Shown here in pieces: positions 1 to 7,520 of a DNA stretch of 64,000 nt; position 1 is the first letter of the stretch, and each line of letters opens with the position of its first letter. This DNA is from a virus. The notes under the pieces are model-generated. The model saw only the letters and a program-made list of their open reading frames with translations, had not been told where the DNA came from and searched no databases. The position numbers were made by a program, and so were the translations under genes. The stretch lies in the IMG/VR virus record IMGVR_UViG_3300048927_000209. One strand, written 5' to 3'.

Positions 1-322
1 GAGTTTCACATTTCCCAATCAACTCAACATGTAAACGACTATTTTCCTCACGGAGATCTAACACCTCATCGCCTAATGCTTTATTATGCTGTAACAGCAT
101 CCGGTTTTGCTGCAACATGTCCGTCATGTTAGGGTAGATGCTCGTCATGCCACGAAGAACACCTAACTCGTCAACGAACTGCCTGTTCTGCTTACTCAAG
201 TTCTCGTATTCACGATAGCCATAGATGACCAAACCTGAGAGCATAACAATGGATGCGATCAGCGCATAATAAATCCCTTTGTTTTTGCGCGAAGTGCTGT
301 ACCGGGTGGCGCCGTCGGACAT
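1..322 (-). CDS. partial CDS (3' end outside window): N-terminally membrane-anchored coiled-coil protein
   Basis: Own translation from ATG 322 (alt in-frame ATG 361): MSDGATRYSTSRKNKGIYYALIASIVMLSGLVIYGYREYENLSKQNRQFVDELG...; open to window edge; TM helix then Leu/Gln-rich heptad-like region; not in ORF track (no stop in window). Confidence 0.5.
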   Translation of the reverse strand, partial: MSDGATRYSTSRKNKGIYYALIASIVMLSGLVIYGYREYENLSKQNRQFVDELGVLRGMTSIYPNMTDMLQQNRMLLQHNKALGDEVLDLREENSRLHVELIGKCET

Positions 323-461
323 GAAGGTATTCGAGTGCTTCCGAATAAAGGGGAGACACATAAAAAGTATACGTAACAGTAGCATGCTGTTATTTCCCCC
401 AAATCACGTACCGTTGCTGAATGTTATGTCTTTTATCCACTCCCATTGTAAAGGGTGAACC

Positions 462-1787
462 ATGAAAACGATACTCGGGTTTGCGGTATGCAATGCCTTG
501 ATCAACAACAGCCCGCAGATTACAAATGCAATCGGCGAGTTATCAGCAATCTCCTTGACGTCTTCCCGAAACATCGGAACCTACACTAACGATAGTCAAC
601 CCGGTACGGTATTTCAGGCGTTCACCGCTGAGAACGATAACGGTGCCGACTTTGTTTTAACCGATGTCTATAAGTCGCCTATTCTCCAGTTACAATACTG
701 GTTGATGACGCGGATTATTGACGGGCGGATCACTAACGATAAGACCATTACACTGCAACAGATCACCAGCGAGTTTGGCAACGCCTGGTCGAACCTGGCG
801 ATTGGTGCGATGGTGACCGACGGTCAGCACTGGGCGCCAGAGTGGGTCTCTGGTAGCATCGTTGGCAGTAACGCTGATGACAACACCGTGAAGATCTGGT
901 TTGCTGACGCAGCCTTCCAGTTAAGCTACCCACGGTTTGAATTAGATGTGTTGAACTGTGTACCTAACGATCAGTTAGACATCCTGCACGAAGATTACGT
1001 TCAACAGAAGACAGCGATTGATGCTGTCACGAAAGGGGATGTGTCTCAGGCGCTGGATGAGATGATCGGTGTGCATCCACAGACCTTCATTCAGACCTAT
1101 TCATTCAAAGTGTACGACAAAGCCAATACCGCCAAATTCCAGATTGCCTACTGGCAAGTTGTGGGTTGGGGTAAGAACGGACGTAACGATGATGCGGCTT
1201 ATGAAGCCATCAAAGCGTCTATCCTGGCGAACTCGAAATACGATGAAGAAGAGTGGGGCCTAGTGATCCCGGATCTCTTCAACCCGATCGAGTACGTGAT
1301 CGCACCGAACTGGATGTCCTATAGCATTCCGAACAAAACGGTGCAAGCGGGTACCTACGATCCGGTTGTTGATTTTGAAACCATGCTGGAACTGCCACTG
1401 AAAGTCATGAAGTGGTACCCAGAAGATCACGTCCGCAAATCACTGCAGGTGTTCCCAAGTTTGACCAAATCGCTTTCATTGAACGCGGTGGCCAAACCAA
1501 CAAACCGCTCGGGTCAGTTCAAGTTGAAAGAGCTGTATCCGGACTATGCATTGATTCCTTCTGACAACGTCACCTTTGACAGTATCTCCCGCGGGACACA
1601 GGCGTTCATCTATGCCCTGCAAGAACTGATCATTGCTACCGAGACTATGCAGGAGTTCTCTGAGCTGCCAGCTGGGGTAAACCGTGTGGTGCGTGACGGT
1701 GTTATCTGCGGAACCAAAACGGTGGACGGGATCAAGCTGTTGATGGTGGCGAAGCCGTATACAGAATCTCTGTACGCGACTGCTTAA
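462..1787 (+). CDS. hypothetical protein, 441 aa (possibly virion-associated; function not recognisable)
   Basis: Long ORF, ATG preceded by AAAGGGTG; next + ORF follows after 10 nt; no catalytic motifs recognised. Confidence 0.6.
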   Translation: MKTILGFAVCNALINNSPQITNAIGELSAISLTSSRNIGTYTNDSQPGTVFQAFTAENDNGADFVLTDVYKSPILQLQYWLMTRIIDGRITNDKTITLQQITSEFGNAWSNLAIGAMVTDGQHWAPEWVSGSIVGSNADDNTVKIWFADAAFQLSYPRFELDVLNCVPNDQLDILHEDYVQQKTAIDAVTKGDVSQALDEMIGVHPQTFIQTYSFKVYDKANTAKFQIAYWQVVGWGKNGRNDDAAYEAIKASILANSKYDEEEWGLVIPDLFNPIEYVIAPNWMSYSIPNKTVQAGTYDPVVDFETMLELPLKVMKWYPEDHVRKSLQVFPSLTKSLSLNAVAKPTNRSGQFKLKELYPDYALIPSDNVTFDSISRGTQAFIYALQELIIATETMQEFSELPAGVNRVVRDGVICGTKTVDGIKLLMVAKPYTESLYATA

Positions 1788-1797
1788 GAGGTAAGCC

Positions 1798-2412
1798 ATG
1801 GCTAACATCACCCCACCACCACGCCTACGAGGCATTTGGCAGCTGAACGCCCCGTTTGCTGTAGTGTCCGATACCATCTACATGGCTGAAGCGGTACGTA
1901 CCATTGATGAGATGCTCGGCCTTAACGTCAATATCCTGGAGCGTGTTTACACACCGGTAGGGTTGACCAAGGTTGAGTACGAGTCAGACGTACTGAACAA
2001 CGCCATGATCATCACGTTGACAGCGCCCGGACAGAAGACCGTCTACGTGCCGAGCACCTATATCGCTTCAATGCCGGATGACACAGCCATTGCGTACGAC
2101 TACGTGGTGTTGTCGATCCCGTTAGGTGCGGTACCGTCCTCGTTGGTGAACTCACTGCAGCAAACCATGGATGAGGTTAAAAGCACAGTGTCAGATCTGA
2201 TTGGTATTGAACCTACAGTGTCGATTAACGTCGCACCTTCAGTAGGGACGGTCACCGCAGAGCAGCATCGTGTGAATGAGCAGAACCGTCTCAATGCGAT
2301 TAAACGTCGCACAACGGAGCATGCACAACTGATTGCGTCGGAAGCAGAGAATGAACGTCTCCGGACAATCATCGCTGACTACGAACAACGCCTCACCGCC
2401 AATAAAGCATAA
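1798..2412 (+). CDS. hypothetical protein with C-terminal coiled coil
   Basis: SD AAGAGG upstream; N-terminal ITPPPRL motif; C-terminal heptad-rich EQNRLNAIKRR..ENERLRTIIADYEQRL; followed by hairpin terminator. Confidence 0.6.
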   Translation: MANITPPPRLRGIWQLNAPFAVVSDTIYMAEAVRTIDEMLGLNVNILERVYTPVGLTKVEYESDVLNNAMIITLTAPGQKTVYVPSTYIASMPDDTAIAYDYVVLSIPLGAVPSSLVNSLQQTMDEVKSTVSDLIGIEPTVSINVAPSVGTVTAEQHRVNEQNRLNAIKRRTTEHAQLIASEAENERLRTIIADYEQRLTANKA

Positions 2413-2416
2413 CCTC

Positions 2417-2449
2417 GGGCAGGGCTACGGCTCTGCCTTTATGCCGATC
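2417..2449 (+). terminator. hairpin terminator with TTTATGCCG tail
   Basis: GGCAGGGC-TACG-GCTCTGCC (UACG loop) + TTTATGCCGATC, 5 nt after stop of 1798-2412. Confidence 0.65.
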
Positions 2450-2912
2450 AAAACAGTGTGTTGGTCGAATGAAACTTCAGATAGAGCGGTTGCGCCAATC
2501 CCTCTGTGGTCACAATCAACTCTAAGCGGTTGTTAGTTGTGATGTTAACACACGCCTTCTGATTCGGTCTGCTGTTCAACTCATGTGCAATCACCAACAC
2601 CATTTCGAACTGGTTACGCACTTCTTGCTGACACAACACCACAATCCAGTTAGCGATGGTGTCGATCAAAACGCTGTGAGTCTCTTCCACTTCTAACTCG
2701 TTTGGCATAAACAGGCGAGAGTGTAACTCGGCTACCACCACCATGCAAAGGGTAGGGCTTACCATCTCATTGTGACCCCGTATAAAGCTCGCCAACGAAC
2801 GTACACGTCGTTCCATCATTCGGGCCAACCAGGTATCGAACATTAGCCGTGTAATAGACAACAGCACGAACAAGCAAATGACAGTTCCAATCACCACTAA
2901 TAAGTCGTGCAT
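2448..2912 (-). CDS. membrane protein (N-terminal TM)
   Basis: ATG with SD CAGGGGG; N-terminal helix LLVVIGTVICLFVLLSI; bracketed by two terminators. Confidence 0.6.
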   Translation of the reverse strand: MHDLLVVIGTVICLFVLLSITRLMFDTWLARMMERRVRSLASFIRGHNEMVSPTLCMVVVAELHSRLFMPNELEVEETHSVLIDTIANWIVVLCQQEVRNQFEMVLVIAHELNSRPNQKACVNITTNNRLELIVTTEGLAQPLYLKFHSTNTLF

Positions 2913-2929
2913 AATAACCCCCTGTTAAA

Positions 2930-2963
2930 CAAAAAAAAAGAAGGGTAGCGATGCTCCCTTCTC
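2930..2963 (-). terminator. rho-independent terminator
   Basis: Minus strand GAAGGGAGC-ATC-GCTACCCTTC + T9. Confidence 0.8.
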
Positions 2964-2971
2964 TTATCACA

Positions 2972-3448
2972 TCATTTATCTGAACGCGTCAGACAATAGG
3001 TTACGGCTGCCGCAGTGATTGCACCGATAGCCAAGCCAGCAATCAGGTATTTGCGTTTACCCTTAGGCTTAGGCATTGGGATCTCGGTGCGCTCTTGCGG
3101 ATCAGGGTTGTGGCGCCCATCGAGCCATTCGCCAGCGCTCAGTGAAAGATCGATCGCGACTTGTTGACCCGTGATGTATGCGCTGGCATCCTGCATATCC
3201 TGCGAGGTCGCACCCATCTGTTTGAGAATCGCATACGGGAACTCTTCCGCCAGCAGGTTCTCAGTGAGGTGGGTAATCATCTCGATACGAATTTGTTGAT
3301 GCAGGGTTTCTTTCTCTTCATCAGAGAGTCCATTGAAGTCGACGTTCTCAACGATCCAGTCCTCAGCATCCTTGCCGTGTGCAAACCAGTCCAGCAGCAA
3401 TGTGCGAGAAGTTCCCGCGATGACTTCTTCCAACGTTTTGTATTTCAT
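2972..3448 (-). CDS. C-terminally anchored membrane protein
   Basis: ATGA overlap with upstream ORF; acidic soluble domain then C-terminal TM YLIAGLAIGAITAAAVTYCL; canonical terminator downstream. Confidence 0.65.
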   Translation of the reverse strand: MKYKTLEEVIAGTSRTLLLDWFAHGKDAEDWIVENVDFNGLSDEEKETLHQQIRIEMITHLTENLLAEEFPYAILKQMGATSQDMQDASAYITGQQVAIDLSLSAGEWLDGRHNPDPQERTEIPMPKPKGKRKYLIAGLAIGAITAAAVTYCLTRSDK

Positions 3449-3651
3449 TCTTCGTCCACCAACCGTGCTAATTTCTTCAGGATAGTTAATGCAGACGCCA
3501 TGACGATACCTGCACCCAATGCTTTTACGCCACGGTTCTCACTGCCGGCCAGTACCGCGCCCATGGTGATTGAAACCAGTGGAATACCCCAACGTTCAGG
3601 GCGGTTCACGTATTCAACTTGTTCACACTGCTTATTCTGTGTTTTGCTCAT
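3445..3651 (-). CDS. small membrane protein (68 aa)
   Basis: Gly/Ala-rich hydrophobic segments GIPLVSITMGAVLAG and LGAGIVMASAL; coupled to flanking ORFs. Confidence 0.55.
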   Translation of the reverse strand: MSKTQNKQCEQVEYVNRPERWGIPLVSITMGAVLAGSENRGVKALGAGIVMASALTILKKLARLVDEE

Positions 3652-4000
3652 CGTCTTTACCTTTACTCAGGAGCTTCACCATCAGTAGCCCAGCGGCCAC
3701 TATGACGAAGCCAGTGCCCATGCCCACGCCCGCTGCTTCCAGCTTTTCTTGTGGACGACCAAAGTTCTCGCGTTGCATCTCTTCCTTAACGGTCTGGTCC
3801 TCCACAGCAGTCAGGCCTGCAGTGACCAGCTCCATTGAGCAGAGTAATGCCGCAGCGAGTGCGATCTTTTCAGCCGGGAGTTTCTTTAGTAGCAACCCGG
3901 CCGATACAGCACCCACAAAACCTGCCCCACGGGACAGGCGAGTGAACAGTACAGTTTTACGTGCCGTGAGTGGGATACTCACTTCGTCGATTTGACTCAT
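3632..4000 (-). CDS. membrane protein (two Gly/Ala-rich hydrophobic segments)
   Basis: Start moved to ATG 4000 (SD AAGGA, 8 nt after upstream stop); track start 4084 would overlap upstream gene. Confidence 0.55.
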   Translation of the reverse strand: MSQIDEVSIPLTARKTVLFTRLSRGAGFVGAVSAGLLLKKLPAEKIALAAALLCSMELVTAGLTAVEDQTVKEEMQRENFGRPQEKLEAAGVGMGTGFVIVAAGLLMVKLLSKGKDDEQNTE

Positions 4001-4010
4001 GGCGAGATCC

Positions 4011-4724
4011 TTATTCAGCCGCGTTGTCGATGACGTCTTTGGCTTTACGCACCAGGAAACGACCAATGATCGCGCCGCACACAACAGACCCTACCATGCT
4101 CGGGATGACTTCGTCGAACAGGCTGAACGTAGATGCAGCTTCCACTTCATCGGCATCACCGTGTTTGGCAATCAGATCTGCTTTGTCTTTGCTGAGGCGA
4201 GAGATTGCGTTGTAGGCAATCAGACCACCGAAGATACCCGCAGTGACATCAGCAGCTTTCTTGCTACGGCCAAACTTACGGCCGGTTGCTGAAATGGTGG
4301 CTGCAGTAACAACCGCCATGCCGACGTTTTCGATGATCTGTTTGGTGCGGATACCTTTACGAGCTTTAGCCACGTCACGGATAGACACGATTTCGATTTG
4401 CTCTTCAGCCGCAGCCTGCACTTGTGCCGCACCTTCTTGCAGTGCCGCTTCAACGCCTTTTGCCAGGTTGGTCATTTCAACTTTCAGGTCGTTAGGGATT
4501 GCAGTGGTGTTGTTAGCGGTAGTGTTAGTGTTCATGGTTACTTCCTCACAGGTAATGGTTTCAGATTGGGTTTCGATGGTTACGTCGATGTGTGCCTCAT
4601 CAGCACGGGCAAAATGCATTTCAGCCAGAGACGGTTGTGAGCGAATGTTCACGATGTTGTCAGTCTGGGTATGGCGTGCTTTCTTAAAATCACGGACTGA
4701 GTTGATCATTGCGGAATTGCTCAT
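4011..4724 (-). CDS. membrane-associated hypothetical protein
   Basis: Start moved to ATG 4724 (SD GAGGAA, downstream of promoter-like motif 4765-4774); C-terminal half has three Gly-rich hydrophobic segments. Confidence 0.6.
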   Translation of the reverse strand: MSNSAMINSVRDFKKARHTQTDNIVNIRSQPSLAEMHFARADEAHIDVTIETQSETITCEEVTMNTNTTANNTTAIPNDLKVEMTNLAKGVEAALQEGAAQVQAAAEEQIEIVSIRDVAKARKGIRTKQIIENVGMAVVTAATISATGRKFGRSKKAADVTAGIFGGLIAYNAISRLSKDKADLIAKHGDADEVEAASTFSLFDEVIPSMVGSVVCGAIIGRFLVRKAKDVIDNAAE

Positions 4725-4759
4725 AATACGTTCCTCGAAAAGAGTAGGCACAGGCTACA

Positions 4760-4798
4760 TCTTAGTAATGTAGGGGTAATATCCTGTGCGTTGTAAAT
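4760..4798 (-). promoter_or_regulatory. promoter-like motif, class B (CCTACATTAC)
   Basis: Minus strand TTTACA-N19-TACATTACTAAGATGTAGCC; core 4765-4774; between terminator and ATG 4724. Confidence 0.45.
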
Positions 4799-4802
4799 TA
4801 GG

Positions 4803-4834
4803 GCGGCATAAAAGCGAGGGTGTTACCCCTCGCT
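4803..4834 (-). terminator. hairpin terminator with UUUUAUGCCG tail
   Basis: Minus strand AGCGAGGG-GTAACA-CCCTCGCT + TTTATGCCGCC; stop codon of 4823-5296 in loop. Confidence 0.65.
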
Positions 4835-5296
4835 GTTGTGACTTTTGACATGCCAGTTTAAGCGTGACAAGAGAGCAGGTGAAAGAACATCGGTGACTCG
4901 TGCTAAGTGCACATAACTCACTTTGTATTCCTTGACCTGTGTTTCATCGTCACGGATTAGTGTGATAGTGAATAAGGCATCGTCGCCCTGATCAATAATC
5001 ACACCAGACAGCCGATAACCGTCAGTGGTTTGGACATTGCTGAACTCTTTGAAGATCTCGGTATACAGCTCAACGAACGCATGAGTACCGTAAAGGGTCA
5101 AGTGTCGATGTGCTGTACGCTCCGCAATCTCGTACATTTGTTCAGTTTGAAACGCCCGGTCCAACAACTCAGGAGTGGTCAGAACGACCCACCGCTTTTG
5201 ATTGGTACCTGCTGGTTTCCGTATCATTGCACGAATCAGCAGAATGAAGAAGGTGATGATCGCCATGATAGCGACCCACTTAACTAAATCAAACAT
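4823..5296 (-). CDS. signal-anchored membrane protein
   Basis: Start moved to ATG 5296 (SD GAGGGA); MFDLVKWVAIMAIITFFILLIRAM anchor; track start would overlap upstream gene by 140 nt; stop codon sits in terminator loop. Confidence 0.6.
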   Translation of the reverse strand: MFDLVKWVAIMAIITFFILLIRAMIRKPAGTNQKRWVVLTTPELLDRAFQTEQMYEIAERTAHRHLTLYGTHAFVELYTEIFKEFSNVQTTDGYRLSGVIIDQGDDALFTITLIRDDETQVKEYKVSYVHLARVTDVLSPALLSRLNWHVKSHNSEG

Positions 5297-5306
5297 GTTA
5301 TTTCCC

Positions 5307-5753
5307 TCAGATCGATTCTGCGACGTTTGAACATATGATTTTGAACTCACGTTCAACAATACTGTTGGTACCAGTAATGCCAGCACCGCCAAACAGACGC
5401 TCCAGACCTTTGTCTGACACATATTTGCGATACGCTTTCCACGCATTCGCTACGCCTTCTTTGGTGATCGCAGCGCCAGTAAACAGTTTACGGACGTTAG
5501 CTTTCAGCCAGGCATAGATATTAGCCAGACGGTCTTTCTCATCAACCAGGCTATAGCTCATTGCTACGGCGCGTTTGATGTCAGATGCATCAACATCGAT
5601 GCCGATCAGTTTAGGGTTACGGAACTGGTAACGACGTTCAGCCAGACGAGCCACGCCATTCACGCCCAGTTCGTTGATGTTTTCACGTACCATCGCAACG
5701 AACTCGTCAGACATTACGAAGGTCAGTTTTGCAGTGTTAATAGTGTTCATGGT
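5307..5753 (-). CDS. hypothetical soluble protein (148 aa)
   Basis: Start moved to ATG 5753 (SD AAAGAGG); MNTINTAKLTF... Confidence 0.6.
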   Translation of the reverse strand, partial: TMNTINTAKLTFVMSDEFVAMVRENINELGVNGVARLAERRYQFRNPKLIGIDVDASDIKRAVAMSYSLVDEKDRLANIYAWLKANVRKLFTGAAITKEGVANAWKAYRKYVSDKGLERLFGGAGITGTNSIVEREFKIICSNVAESI

Positions 5754-5910
5754 AATACCTCTTTGCAATTGATTGATTATGGTTAGTTTGCTGAGGTTCA
5801 CATGAACGCTCAGCGATGTTAAGGACTATTGCAAACGAACCGGCACACCCTTGTAAGAGTAACCAGGTTAGTTTGGTTTAACGGACAGGATAATGGCATA
5901 GGACCACCTC

Positions 5911-6042
5911 CTAGAACTGCAGGTATGTGACAGTGGACTTAACATGCCCACGGCCGGCTTTCTTATTGATGTAGTTGAGTGCAGCGGTGGCTGCAAGCGA
6001 AACAACTACGGAGACAACAACTTTGGTAATGATCGATTTCAT
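5911..6042 (-). CDS. mini membrane protein (43 aa, below ORF-track cutoff)
   Basis: Own translation MKSIITKVVVSVVVSLAATAALNYINKKAGRGHVKSTVTYLQF; preceded by CTTAACCTGTTGGAG leader. Confidence 0.5.
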   Translation of the reverse strand: MKSIITKVVVSVVVSLAATAALNYINKKAGRGHVKSTVTYLQF

Positions 6043-6054
6043 GATAATGCTCCA

Positions 6055-6065
6055 ACAGGTTAAGG
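6055..6065 (-). promoter_or_regulatory. conserved leader element CCTTAACCTGT (pre-SD)
   Basis: Minus strand CGCCTTAACCTGTTGGAGCATTATC-ATG. Confidence 0.4.
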
Positions 6066-6078
6066 CGAAACAAACTAC

Positions 6079-6312
6079 TTACTGCGTCAGATTCTCAATG
6101 CGTGGGTCAGTGGCAGCAACTGAGCGAATTGATTTGACACGGACCACAGGCTGCGGGGCAAGGATAACGATCTTCAGTTTCTCGTCGCCCTGGTCGATCT
6201 TGGTCTGATGACGCTTGTTACGGATCTTCTGAATCTGGACCTCGTAATAGACACCCGCCGCAATCATGGCAGTGCAAGCAGCAACGTAGGCAACTTTAGC
6301 TAATGTGTTCAT
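6079..6312 (-). CDS. small single-pass membrane protein (77 aa)
   Basis: N-terminal TM VAYVAACTAMIAAGVYY; leader CCTTAACCTGTGAGAG 8 nt before ATG. Confidence 0.6.
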   Translation of the reverse strand: MNTLAKVAYVAACTAMIAAGVYYEVQIQKIRNKRHQTKIDQGDEKLKIVILAPQPVVRVKSIRSVAATDPRIENLTQ

Positions 6313-6323
6313 AAGGGACTCTC

Positions 6324-6334
6324 ACAGGTTAAGG
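6324..6334 (-). promoter_or_regulatory. conserved leader element CCTTAACCTGT (pre-SD)
   Basis: Minus strand CCCTTAACCTGTGAGAGTCCCTT-ATG. Confidence 0.4.
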
Positions 6335-6336
6335 GA

Positions 6337-6588
6337 TTATTTAACAACTTCGTACAGTGGGGCGATACGGTTAAAATCAACAGCTTTGCCAATCAGATCC
6401 ATGCACTCGATGTAGCTAGGACTGTTAGACTGACGAACGATTTTCATGACGGCTTCGTGCTGTTCACTACGAGTCAACTTACGCAGAACTACTGGCTCTG
6501 GTTTTGGTTTACGTTTGAAAACAGTGGCGATAGCGGTTACAGCGACGGCAGCGACAGCGATGATGGCAACAGCGTTTACGTTTGACAT
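6337..6588 (-). CDS. small single-pass membrane protein (83 aa)
   Basis: N-terminal TM AVAIIAVAAVAVTAIATVF; leader CCTTAACCTGTAGGAAC. Confidence 0.6.
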   Translation of the reverse strand: MSNVNAVAIIAVAAVAVTAIATVFKRKPKPEPVVLRKLTRSEQHEAVMKIVRQSNSPSYIECMDLIGKAVDFNRIAPLYEVVK

Positions 6589-6598
6589 GATGGTTCCT

Positions 6599-6609
6599 AC
6601 AGGTTAAGG
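6599..6609 (-). promoter_or_regulatory. conserved leader element CCTTAACCTGT (pre-SD)
   Basis: Minus strand CCCTTAACCTGTAGGAACCATC-ATG. Confidence 0.4.
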
Positions 6610-6615
6610 GAGAGG

Positions 6616-6711
6616 TTAAGCAGTTTCTTTTGAATCACCGTATGGAACATTCCACACAACGACCAGTGCAACAAACAGAACTAAAGATAAGACAGTCGTT
6701 AAATCAAACAT
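6616..6711 (-). CDS. mini membrane protein (31 aa, below ORF-track cutoff)
   Basis: Own translation MFDLTTVLSLVLFVALVVVWNVPYGDSKETA; leader CCTTAACCTGTGAGAAT. Confidence 0.45.
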   Translation of the reverse strand: MFDLTTVLSLVLFVALVVVWNVPYGDSKETA

Positions 6712-6722
6712 GGAATATTCTC

Positions 6723-6733
6723 ACAGGTTAAGG
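6723..6733 (-). promoter_or_regulatory. conserved leader element CCTTAACCTGT (pre-SD)
   Basis: Minus strand AACCTTAACCTGTGAGAATATTCC-ATG. Confidence 0.4.
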
Positions 6734-6744
6734 TTAAAGAGTTA

Positions 6745-6981
6745 TTACAGGGATGCTGCAGCGATATTGTCGATCGACTTCTTGGCTTGGGCTTGGACCT
6801 CTTCGTTATGAGGGTGGGTCACCGCCACTTTGTTGATAGCGTCGATAGAGGACTCAGCAATTGCATCAGACAGTTCGCTGATGGTTGCTTTGGCTTCTTT
6901 GTGGTTCTTGACTAACAGCACGATACCGGTTGCGATGGCAGCGATAGATGCAGTAGCGGTAATGATCAGTTTAGTGTTCAT
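6745..6981 (-). CDS. small single-pass membrane protein (78 aa)
   Basis: N-terminal TM LIITATASIAAIATGIVLLV; SD TGAGGA; downstream of promoter-like motif 7036-7073. Confidence 0.6.
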   Translation of the reverse strand: MNTKLIITATASIAAIATGIVLLVKNHKEAKATISELSDAIAESSIDAINKVAVTHPHNEEVQAQAKKSIDNIAAASL

Positions 6982-7035
6982 GGTAAATCCTCATTGATTA
7001 GTTAGATGTAAGAGAAGTTTATTGCTCTTATTCAC

Positions 7036-7073
7036 CTTTTTAATATAGGTCTGAGATTTTCTACAACTCAAAA
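7036..7073 (-). promoter_or_regulatory. promoter-like motif, class A (TTGAGT-N18-TATATT)
   Basis: Minus strand CTTTTGAGTTGTAGAAAATCTCAGACCTATATTAAAAAGGTG. Confidence 0.5.
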
Positions 7074-7083
7074 GAAACGGTTT

Positions 7084-7377
7084 TTACCAACCGATTGACA
7101 CGCCGTCATCCATTTCACTCAATGCATCGTGGAGTAAGCGACCCGTCTTATCAATGTTTAATTCCTTTTTGGAACGTTCCTCTGTCAGTGCTAAGATTTT
7201 CGCATACAACATTTTTACTTTTGGTGCAAATTTCTTGGACTCCTGCAGGTTTGCTGCAAACCACTTCTTTTCCATTTTGGTATGTTTAGCAGTTAACTTT
7301 ACCAACTGTGCAGTGATCTCAGTGATACGGGCGCGGTCGGCTTTAATGTCGGCTTGATATTCGATTACAGTTTTCAT
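7084..7377 (-). CDS. small coiled-coil protein (97 aa)
   Basis: SD GAGGTGG; Lys/Glu-rich helical sequence; promoter-like motif 7415-7452 upstream. Confidence 0.6.
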   Translation of the reverse strand: MKTVIEYQADIKADRARITEITAQLVKLTAKHTKMEKKWFAANLQESKKFAPKVKMLYAKILALTEERSKKELNIDKTGRLLHDALSEMDDGVSIGW

Positions 7378-7414
7378 GTTACCACCTCATGTTAAATTGG
7401 TTTGGTTTATACAC

Positions 7415-7452
7415 ATCGTTGATATAGGTCTGAAATCATCTGCAGCTCGAAA
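7415..7452 (-). promoter_or_regulatory. promoter-like motif, class A
   Basis: Minus strand GTTTCGAGCTGCAGATGATTTCAGACCTATATCAACGATGTG; ~40 nt upstream of ATG 7377. Confidence 0.5.
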
Positions 7453-7467
7453 CAAACAAAAATAAAA

Positions 7468-7514
7468 GATCGGCATAAAACCTCAACCCTTCCCCGTGAG
7501 GAGAAAGGTTGAGG
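7468..7514 (-). terminator. long imperfect hairpin terminator with UUUUAUGCCG tail
   Basis: CCTCAACC...GGTTGAGG outer stem; tail TTTTATGCCGATC; 6 nt after stop of 7521-8750. Confidence 0.7.
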
Positions 7515-7520
7515 CCTTAC

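Noticed and set aside
421-432. Identical 12-mer ATGTTATGTCTT found 27-29 nt upstream of two start codons (462 + strand; 32080 - strand, at 32108-32119), considered as a late-promoter candidate
   Set aside because: Hundreds of chance 12-mer repeats are expected in 2 x 64 kb, and there are only two copies with no supporting flanking conservation. It is worth rechecking only if genome-wide motif searches recover it.
462-1787. Calling the 441-aa ORF the major capsid protein
   Set aside because: Size and position would fit, but I recognise no HK97- or T4-gp23-like sequence features. The function is left as hypothetical.
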